From the IMG/VR virus record IMGVR_UViG_3300025437_000009: a stretch of 64,000 bases of DNA. One strand, given 5' to 3'. Shown in pieces: positions 28,846 through 35,680 of the stretch. This stretch comes from a virus. Its lineage: Duplodnaviria; Caudoviricetes. A model generated the notes under the pieces. It did not search any database. It saw only the letters and a list, made by a program, of their open reading frames with translations, and was not told where the DNA came from. A program made the translations under genes and the position numbers. How positions within the stretch are numbered: position 1 is the stretch's first letter; each line of letters begins with the position of its first letter.

Positions 28846-29595
28846 ATGATATTTACTACTATTCCGTTTACCTACCTAATAAGATGGTCTAAACACGACA
28901 TTAACTATTATGGTGTCCGTTATGCCCGCGGCTGTAAACCCGAAGACTTATGGACTCGATACTTTACTTCTTCCGACCGTATCCAAGAATGCCGCGAACT
29001 TTACGGCGAGCCCGATATTATCGAAGTCCGTAAAACATTTAAGCATCACGATATTGCCCGTGCCTGGGAACATAGGGTTCTAACACGAATCAACGCTGTC
29101 CAAAAACCTAACTGGTTAAACGAACACGCTGGCGGCAAAAAAGGATTCCGCATCAAATACGGAGCCGAACATCAAAACTATGGTAAGCGTTGGACATTTA
29201 CCGAAGAGCAACGCCAACACCAAGTAGATACTCATAAAAATCTACGCTGGTGGAACAACGGCACGGAACAAGCATTTAGCGAAGTTCCTCCCGGCCCAGA
29301 TTACAAACGAGGACGACTGCCATTTAATAACCGCGGAGCCAAAATAGGAGCCAAGGTCAATAGTCAAAAATACTGGATTACCGACGGCACTAACGAAGAG
29401 ATGATCTTTAAGACCGACCTTATCCCTGCTGGATATGCTCCAGGAAGAATAGAGTCAGTATTAAAAGGTAAAACAAATCACGCTCGCGGAACGCACTGGT
29501 GGACCGACGGAACTACAACTAAAATGTCCGAAGATTGCCCTGGCCCAGAATGGCGTCGCGGCCGAACTACATGGCCGGCCCATTCCCATTCCTAA
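28846..29595 (+). mobile_element. free-standing GIY-YIG-like homing endonuclease with repeated WxxDG/WxxNG modules
   Basis: YTY-like FTYLIRW..INYYGVR...YFTSS domain, then WWNNG, WITDG, WWTDG repeats. AAGGAG RBS. Confidence 0.65.
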
Positions 29596-30154
29596 ACCCA
29601 ATCGTTCCTCCCTCATCTTTAATCCTCTTTAATACATCTTCGAAGAGGATCGGAGCGAAGTCTGGTGTCTGCTCTACGCATACGCAATGATAGCGAACAT
29701 CGATTACATCTGTGCGTCCGCTTGTTGCTAATGGTCGCATAACACGATTAGCATGGAGGTGGCCATGGACATTCGTGCCAAATCTTCCAAGACTTTCTGG
29801 ATGGACTGGAATGTGCGACAGGATAAGTCCATTCATGACATGATATCCTCGTAAACTTCTAAAGTAAGGCGTATAGTCCTCATCTTTAAAGATATCGTGA
29901 TTACCGCGGATAAGAACTTTGTCACCGTTAAGTCTATTCAAGATAGGTAGTGCCCTGCGATTGATAACCACATCACCTAGGTGATAAACTTTATCATTTG
30001 GTCGAACTCGTTCGTTCCATGCTCGAACCATGGCTTCATCCATCTCTGCGGCATCATCCCAGGGACGAAGCGGTGTAACACCATCGTTGCGAGTGAAGCG
30101 ACATACACCTGCGTGTCCAAAATGCGTGTCTGATACTAAAAATACTGCTGGCAT
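29567..30154 (-). CDS. calcineurin-like metallophosphoesterase
   Basis: SDTHFGH, HLGD, GNHD, HGHLH. Confidence 0.9.
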   Translation of the reverse strand: MPAVFLVSDTHFGHAGVCRFTRNDGVTPLRPWDDAAEMDEAMVRAWNERVRPNDKVYHLGDVVINRRALPILNRLNGDKVLIRGNHDIFKDEDYTPYFRSLRGYHVMNGLILSHIPVHPESLGRFGTNVHGHLHANRVMRPLATSGRTDVIDVRYHCVCVEQTPDFAPILFEDVLKRIKDEGGTIGFRNGNGPAM

Positions 30155-30168
30155 ACTCGCCTCCTTTC

Positions 30169-30627
30169 TTATTTAAAATTACGCCAATCGTCAATGTTGG
30201 GCTTTTCATTTTCATCATAAGTCCAACCCAACGCCTTCATCATACGGTGCTTTACTAAAAGATTAGGGCTACGAAAACGTTCTGTATCATCAAAGCCCAT
30301 CATAACTCCAACTTCACAAACTGCACCGCTACGACAAATACCTGCAAAACAATGTACAACTACGTTCATACGATTGTCTAACGCATGTTGTAATAGAGCC
30401 ACAAGTCGTGCCGCATCTTCATGACTACACTTCATTGCTTCATCTAAAACTTCGTCCTTTTCTTCTACATCTAAAAATTCAAAGTTATGTATTTCTTTGA
30501 ATTTGTGTACAGGAGTAGGACGCCAACTTGCTGGATCAACAATACTGATCAGCATACTATTCTCGCCAGCATCATGATGAAACTTTGTTGAAACATCACT
30601 AGCCGCTACATTTTCAATCCACGGCAT
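30169..30627 (-). CDS. tyrosine/dual-specificity phosphatase-like protein
   Basis: VHCFAGICRS (CX5R). Start moved to MPWIENV (GGAGG RBS); the longer ORF overlaps tRNA-Asn. Confidence 0.8.
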   Translation of the reverse strand: MPWIENVAASDVSTKFHHDAGENSMLISIVDPASWRPTPVHKFKEIHNFEFLDVEEKDEVLDEAMKCSHEDAARLVALLQHALDNRMNVVVHCFAGICRSGAVCEVGVMMGFDDTERFRSPNLLVKHRMMKALGWTYDENEKPNIDDWRNFK

Positions 30628-30647
30628 AATGCCTCCTTTTTTTGTTT

Positions 30648-30723
30648 TGGCTCCCCGAGCTGGGCTCGAACCAGCGACACCGTGATTAACAGTCACGTGC
30701 TCTACCAACTGAGCTATCAGGGA
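30648..30723 (-). tRNA. tRNA-Asn(GUU)
   Basis: Loop CTGTTAA, G73-CCA. Confidence 0.95.
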
Positions 30724-30730
30724 ATTGTAT

Positions 30731-30806
30731 TGGCGCTCTGTACGAGATTCGAACTCGTGTACCCGCCGTGAAAGGGCGGTGTCCTAGGCCTCTAGACGAA
30801 CAGAGC
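30731..30806 (-). tRNA. tRNA-Glu(UUC)
   Basis: Loop CTTTCAC, CCA. Confidence 0.95.
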
Positions 30807-30810
30807 AAAT

Positions 30811-30885
30811 TGGCGGTCCCAACCGGAATCGAACCGGTCTCTCCTCAGTGACAGTGAGGAATACTAACCGATATACTATAGGACC
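30811..30885 (-). tRNA. tRNA-Asp(GUC)
   Basis: Loop CTGTCAC, G73-CCA. Confidence 0.95.
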
Positions 30886-31310
30886 AATTTACTACCTTTA
30901 GGCATACGACCAGTGCGTATAGCATTACCCAACTTTGCCGCGGCCTTTAATCTTTTTCTACCTTCCTCACTAACATTTTTTACACCCCAAGTATCTGTTT
31001 GGGAATGACAGTTAGGACAAAGATATCTTAAATTCTCAACTACATTGTTAGTATTGTTGCCATCAATGTGATCAATCTGCAAACTTAAAGGTTTTCCTTT
31101 ATGAGTTCCGTTATTATCACATTCAACACACTTATATTCTGTATTTTTCTTAAAATACGTATAAGCATTTGCTCTTGTATATACACCACTCTCTATTTTT
31201 TCATTTAGAGAATGTTTTTTTTGGCAAGCAATACTACAATATTTTCCAGATTTTTGTGATGGCATCCATCTAAAATCATTTTTACAGCATAAACAGGTTG
31301 CAATAGGCAT
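30876..31310 (-). mobile_element. free-standing HNH homing endonuclease
   Basis: LQIDHIDGNNTNN...NLRYLCPNCH, with Cys pairs at the N-terminus. Confidence 0.85.
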
Positions 31311-31511
31311 AGGTTAGTTCTCCTTATATCTATTTATCATTCTAACCTGTTATTTATAATTTATGGGAACCTGTTGCCTAGGGCGTTTTTAGTGCCTAGG
31401 TCCGCGGTTGCCTTCCGGACTTGATTCCCACTTACTTCTCAGCAGATCGAGAATGCTCGACGCGGCTAGTGCTTACACACTATTCAATACAGTCGCCACT
31501 GTAACCGAGTT

Positions 31512-31608
31512 TGGTGGACGCTCTTGGAGTTGAACCAAGACGGCTTGACTAAGTAGTCAATTATGAAGCCTTAACAGGTCTTACCGTAAGCCAATTTTAA
31601 CAACGCCC
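31512..31608 (-). ncRNA. 97-nt tRNA-like RNA with Ala identity and no canonical anticodon arm
   Basis: Acceptor GGGCGTT/AGCGTCC (G3:U70), A73-CCA, T arm CTTGG-TTCAACT-CCAAG. Confidence 0.6.
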
Positions 31609-32026
31609 GTAAACAAAATGGTAATAACTTACCATACAACTAAACACTCGGAGGTATCGGAGAGCAAATACATTGACCTCTCAGCAACTCAACGGAATTT
31701 TAATTTGCTCTTACCGTTTGTTGTTGGAATGTTTATGTGTATGGTGTCTTATCGTCTTTTTCATGCCCGCTATCGTCAATAGCACACGCATTTCATATAT
31801 TGTCAGACTCAAGCGATTCTGTTTGGGGTACATGTTGACTAGACATAACCTCCCTCCCGATCTACTCTCAAACCATATTGAAACACACTACCTACGCACC
31901 ATACGGCGTAGCCCACCCGTGGAACCTTTGATCAACTCCGGCCTAAGTATGCTTCAATATAGTAACCCCTCCCGGGGTGCTAATATTCTACTTAAATTGT
32001 TAATGAACTTTAACTACTAAAACAAT

Positions 32027-32055
32027 AGTATAGCATTTTGGCAATTAAAGGACAA
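32027..32055 (-). promoter_or_regulatory. sigma70-type promoter with spacer motif
   Basis: TTGTCC-tttaattgccaaaatgc-TATACT (17 nt). Confidence 0.7.
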
Positions 32056-32067
32056 CCATAATAAACA

Positions 32068-32141
32068 TGGAGCGGGATAAGGGAATCGAACCCTCGTTCT
32101 CAGCTTGGAAGGCTGGAGTAATACCATTATACGAATCCCGC
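32068..32141 (-). tRNA. tRNA-Gly(UCC)
   Basis: Loop CTTCCAA, U73-CCA. Confidence 0.95.
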
Positions 32142-32147
32142 ATTGTT

Positions 32148-32221
32148 TGGCGACCCTCCAGGGAATCGAACCCCGATCTGCGGTTTTGGAGACCGATGTA
32201 ATGCCATTATACCAGAGAGTC
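32148..32221 (-). tRNA. tRNA-Trp(CCA)
   Basis: Loop CTCCAAA, G73-CCA. Confidence 0.93.
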
Positions 32222-32226
32222 ATACG

Positions 32227-32302
32227 TGGAGCGGGAAAGGAGGTTCGAACTCCCGACCTATACCTTGGCAAGGTATCGCTCTACCAGCTGAGCTATTCCC
32301 GC
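32227..32302 (-). tRNA. tRNA-Gly(GCC)
   Basis: Loop TTGCCAA, U73-CCA. Confidence 0.95.
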
Positions 32303-32311
32303 TTTGAAACT

Positions 32312-32395
32312 TGGTGGAGCATCCTGGGATCGAACCAGGCATGTCAAAGACGGCGGATTTACAGTCCACTGCATCACCGTTGATGCTTCTGCTCC
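32312..32395 (-). tRNA. tRNA-Tyr(GUA)
   Basis: Loop CTGTAAA, long variable arm, CCA. Confidence 0.92.
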
Positions 32396-32407
32396 TGTGT
32401 ATTGTAA

Positions 32408-32436
32408 AGTATACTAGTATATATGCCCCGTGTCAA
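32408..32436 (-). promoter_or_regulatory. sigma70-type promoter directly upstream of tRNA-Tyr
   Basis: TTGACA-17-TATACT. Confidence 0.8.
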
Positions 32437-32439
32437 GTG

Positions 32440-32690
32440 GGGTGGTAACCCGAATGGACGTTTACCCGCTCGTCATCTAGTATACTTTAGAATACCCTCT
32501 CTTTCGAAAGGATATGCTAGGGCTATACCCCAGCCTGTAATTTTTTACACCACACAAGGTGCTCCATCCCACAGTCCGCCCATTTAGCTGTTTATAGTGT
32601 AGCAAGGATCTCGTTCCCTATACCACTTTACTGCCGATCAAAGATAGTCTGGCCAAAAAACGTACCAGTCATCTTCATAACCTCAATCCA
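32440..32690 (-). ncRNA. candidate structured RNA
   Basis: 10-bp stem with GAAA tetraloop (ATATCCTTTC-GAAA-GAGAGGGTAT) plus several smaller hairpins. No ORF with an RBS. Confidence 0.45.
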
Positions 32691-32694
32691 CTTA

Positions 32695-32865
32695 TCAGCG
32701 TGAGGAGTATTTCGACCCCCTTGCAGACTCCTGTAACTTCGCGGCTTCTGCTAATGCTTTGACTTGAGCTTCTGCTCTTGCTACCTTTGCTTCCATTAGT
32801 GCAACTTTTTCTTCGTGTGAGAGGACAAAGTGTGATACGTTTCGTTTTTCGTTCTTATGTTCCAT
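32695..32865 (-). CDS. 56-aa helical hypothetical protein
   Basis: Read manually: MEHKNEKRNVSHFVLSHEEKVALMEAKVARAEAQVKALAEAAKLQESARGSKYSSR. AGGAG RBS right after the terminator U-tract. Confidence 0.6.
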   Translation of the reverse strand: MEHKNEKRNVSHFVLSHEEKVALMEAKVARAEAQVKALAEAAKLQESARGSKYSSR

Positions 32866-32875
32866 TTTCCTTCTC

Positions 32876-32916
32876 CTAAAAATAAAAAACCCCGGAGTGT
32901 TTAATTCCAGGGCTTT
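32876..32916 (-). terminator. intrinsic terminator (attenuator)
   Basis: AAAGCCCTGGA-attaaacac-TCCGGGGTTTT followed by TTATTTTT. Confidence 0.85.
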
Positions 32917-32959
32917 AATTAAAATATGGTGTAAAAATATATACTCTAATTAAAACCCT
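32909..32959 (-). promoter_or_regulatory. antiterminator hairpin
   Basis: AGGGTTTTAATTAGAGTAT / ATATTTTAATTAAAGCCCT: 19 contiguous pairs (3 G:U), 13-nt loop, sharing 8 nt with the terminator 5' arm. Confidence 0.75.
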
Positions 32960-33068
32960 CAACGTAATCGCGTTCGCTATTAATCATTGGGCATACTGCT
33001 GACCAATAGGCTAACCCGCCTAATGTTGGCTGTAATTTTGCGGAATGATTAAAAGTGTTCGTTCTCAT
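32946..33068 (-). CDS. candidate 40-aa leader peptide containing all 20 amino acids
   Basis: MRTNTFNHSAKLQPTLGGLAYWSAVCPMINSERDYVEGFN. ATG 9 nt after TATAAT. Confidence 0.65.
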   Translation of the reverse strand: MRTNTFNHSAKLQPTLGGLAYWSAVCPMINSERDYVEGFN

Positions 33069-33077
33069 AATTTAAGT

Positions 33078-33106
33078 ATTATAGTTTATTTATCTTTTTA
33101 TGTCAA
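33078..33106 (-). promoter_or_regulatory. consensus sigma70 promoter with an embedded late motif
   Basis: TTGACA-taaaaagATAAATAaac-TATAAT (17 nt). Confidence 0.88.
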
Positions 33107-34236
33107 CCAATATAGATATCTTTTTTGTTAAATTTGCCCAAACAGTAGAGTCTAGTGTTTAAAGGGCTTAGCCCTACCATTACCCCATGTTTGTAGTCTA
33201 ACAAGCTTCGATCAACCGACGTTAAACTTTGTTTAATATGCCAGCGCCAGCCGTCGAAGAATCTTCTATTGTAGCGTACAACCCAGAAGTCAACTTCTTG
33301 CATGATCGAACCCGAAAACTTATCTGTTTGAAAAGTGTGTATGTTATACTCCGGGTAACAAACTCGAATATATGTATCACGAGGAACGCTATGACCCCTA
33401 GTTATTTCTTGAGTTATCAAAGCCATTTCATCTGCGTTGGCTGTTGTTTCGTAGTAGTGCTTTAGTTCGTGTGCTTGGGCTATAGCAAGCTCGGGCATCT
33501 GTGGAGACCAAAAGAAAGCTTCGCTAATACGTTCTGGATCAGGATCTGCAGGTCCAATTCTATCAACAAAGTACGAATAAAAATTACCGTCTTTGATGTG
33601 GCACATAGTTTTTTCAAAACCATAGATGACGCCTACAGATTTTCCTTGCCTTACTGCTTCACACTCCCATTCACTTTTTCTACTGTATCTAAAAAAGGAT
33701 CCCATGCTTAGATAGTGTCCGCCCTTTTTTAACTTTTCTTCGTTAAAATCATGTTCGTATTCTTCAGAATAATCATCAATACAAATACGTGTATTGGGAA
33801 ATCTTTTGGCAACGTCTTCTAAGACCGGTAGTACTGCATAGTCGTACTCACTGCTGTGATTTATATTGCTAAAATCAGTTGGGTTAGCCGGAGTATATTT
33901 TTTCTGTGCTAAAGGCCAACGTGTGTATACTTCATCTACATGAATGCCATTTGATAAAAAACTATAAAGAGTAGTCCAGGAATCACTGCCGCCACTAAAG
34001 TTTATCACAATATAATCGTAGGTGTCTCGAAGTTGCTGTGCTCTTAATTTATATAATTCTTGCAAAGTTCCTGCGGGACGTTTAGTCCAATTACAGGTAG
34101 AAAATACTTCATCATAAAAATTAAAAACTACGGGATTACCAGTCTTAGATGCAAATTGAAGTGCTTCAAGTTTGTTGGTATAGACTGTGCCACCTACCTC
34201 GTAATGACCATAGTTATTATTGTTTTGGATTATCAT
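33103..34236 (-). CDS. PP-loop protein, paralog B
   Basis: LRAQQLRDTYDYIVINFSGGSDS. Start moved to MIIQNNN because the longer ORF begins inside tRNA-Leu. Confidence 0.65.
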   Translation of the reverse strand: MIIQNNNNYGHYEVGGTVYTNKLEALQFASKTGNPVVFNFYDEVFSTCNWTKRPAGTLQELYKLRAQQLRDTYDYIVINFSGGSDSWTTLYSFLSNGIHVDEVYTRWPLAQKKYTPANPTDFSNINHSSEYDYAVLPVLEDVAKRFPNTRICIDDYSEEYEHDFNEEKLKKGGHYLSMGSFFRYSRKSEWECEAVRQGKSVGVIYGFEKTMCHIKDGNFYSYFVDRIGPADPDPERISEAFFWSPQMPELAIAQAHELKHYYETTANADEMALITQEITRGHSVPRDTYIRVCYPEYNIHTFQTDKFSGSIMQEVDFWVVRYNRRFFDGWRWHIKQSLTSVDRSLLDYKHGVMVGLSPLNTRLYCLGKFNKKDIYIG

Positions 34237-34254
34237 GAGAAGAGTTTCTAAATT

Positions 34255-34339
34255 TGGTGCCCCAAGCGAGACTCGAACTCGCACACCTTACGATACTGGC
34301 TTCTAAGACCAGCGTGTCTACCAATTCCACCATCGGGGC
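34255..34339 (-). tRNA. tRNA-Leu(UAG)
   Basis: Type II cloverleaf, loop CTTAGAA, CCA. Confidence 0.95.
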
Positions 34340-34363
34340 AATACTTTACTTATACTACAAATT

Positions 34364-34451
34364 TGGTGGGCCGGGAGGGACTTGAACCCACAATGAGCTT
34401 TCGCTGGTCGATTATGAGTCGACTGCCTGCAACCAATACGGCGTCCGGCCC
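34364..34451 (-). tRNA. tRNA(CAU) with a long variable arm
   Basis: Loop CTCATAA, variable arm AGC-GAAA-GCT, 3-bp D stem, A73-CCA. Confidence 0.85.
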
Positions 34452-34488
34452 AACTAAGCAACTATTATATACTATTTGCGATTAAAGG

Positions 34489-35670
34489 TCAACGACGTTG
34501 ACGTACCGGCTCTTTTGTCGAAGATCTGCGTGCTCTTGGTGCAGTTGCGTTGGCTTTTGCAGGTTGATCACCAGTTTGATTTAGGCCTCCGCGAAGAAGA
34601 TTACCATTTTTATCAACTAGTACAACATCCTTGGTACCACGTGTACCAAGGGCACGTTTTAGTGTCAGTGCCTGTGGACGTAAGCCACGATATCCAATAG
34701 CTTTACCAGGACGGCTTGCACTATTACCAATGCGCCAAACCATTAAATGGCTTTCTGGAATATCAGCTTTGGTTTTGATAACTGTGTGGCATTCAACAGT
34801 AATATTCTTACCTTCTTGCTTAAAGTGGTGTGGTTTAAAATCTTGAATAACAATACCACCTTCAGGATTAATGTCTGTACCAAAGATAGCTCGCATAGAT
34901 TCTTCTTCAGTTGGTTCTACTACAATCTCTTTGTTGAGTCTGTAGTATTCACGTCCAAGATCATCTGTCAACTTGTCTAATTTTATAGCACCTTGAGATA
35001 ATAGATCGTCAATAATCTTTCTAGCTTTAGCTCCAAAGGAACCTTCAGCACTTTCCCAACTGGCGGCACTTAATTCTTTGATGCTGATTGGTAAATTTTT
35101 TGTTTTACTGCGTAGTACAACGTCAGCTTTTTTAATACCGCCGGTAGCATGTCTTCCAGGAGTTCCTCCAGTTGACTCGACTTCTACAGCATCATGAATA
35201 GTAATGCTTTTGCCGCGAGTATCAACAAAGGTTACATTTATTGAGCCGTATTTTTCAATCATACTGGCCATCATTGCGTCCAAGACAAATTCATTTTCTT
35301 TACCAGCAGATTTATCTGCTTGCTGACCCACGTCTTTGACAGAAATATTAACAGGACTGTTGTCAAAAATAATGACGCCAGCAGAGCTAATATTTGGAAT
35401 ATTTGCGATACGTGGGTTAGCTTTTGGTGCAACTTTTTTTAGGATCTGTAGAATATTTGCCAAGATACTTTGACGATACTTGTTTTTTAATTGACCATCG
35501 GGTATTTGAACTAGTGGCTGTAGTTTGTTACCATTTACTTTTACGTTATCGTAGCCGGCCTTTTTTAATAACTCAAGAACGCCTGTACGATCAATTAGGG
35601 GTTGGACAGATGGTTTTGCTGGTGCTTTGACAGCTTCGTCAAGGATATTAATTAATTCGCGCATTTTCAT
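34489..35670 (-). CDS. hypothetical protein, possible PD-(D/E)xK-like nuclease
   Basis: KADVVL...LPISIKE motif. Start moved to MKMRELINILDEA after CTAAATA. Confidence 0.5.
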   Translation of the reverse strand: MKMRELINILDEAVKAPAKPSVQPLIDRTGVLELLKKAGYDNVKVNGNKLQPLVQIPDGQLKNKYRQSILANILQILKKVAPKANPRIANIPNISSAGVIIFDNSPVNISVKDVGQQADKSAGKENEFVLDAMMASMIEKYGSINVTFVDTRGKSITIHDAVEVESTGGTPGRHATGGIKKADVVLRSKTKNLPISIKELSAASWESAEGSFGAKARKIIDDLLSQGAIKLDKLTDDLGREYYRLNKEIVVEPTEEESMRAIFGTDINPEGGIVIQDFKPHHFKQEGKNITVECHTVIKTKADIPESHLMVWRIGNSASRPGKAIGYRGLRPQALTLKRALGTRGTKDVVLVDKNGNLLRGGLNQTGDQPAKANATAPRARRSSTKEPVRQRR

Positions 35671-35680
35671 AATACAGTAT

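Noticed and set aside
31420-31445. SRP (4.5S) RNA-like GTCCGGAAGG
   Set aside because: It matches the helix-8 tetraloop region, but the flanking CAGG/AGCA symmetric loop reads CAAG/AACC and there is no long SRP rod.
31340-32000. Full-length or two-piece tmRNA
   Set aside because: The acceptor strands are only 97 nt apart and in non-permuted order. I found no tag-reading frame of the ANDxxYALAA type and no pseudoknot region.
31673-32383. Track ORFs 31673-32020, 32017-32271 and 32105-32383
   Set aside because: They overlap tRNA genes and structured RNA, have atypical composition and lack an RBS.
21375-34451. Stop-codon reassignment or suppressor tRNAs
   Set aside because: There are no CUA/UCA/UUA anticodons. 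Core genes are intact in code 11, and TAA, TAG and TGA all end genes.
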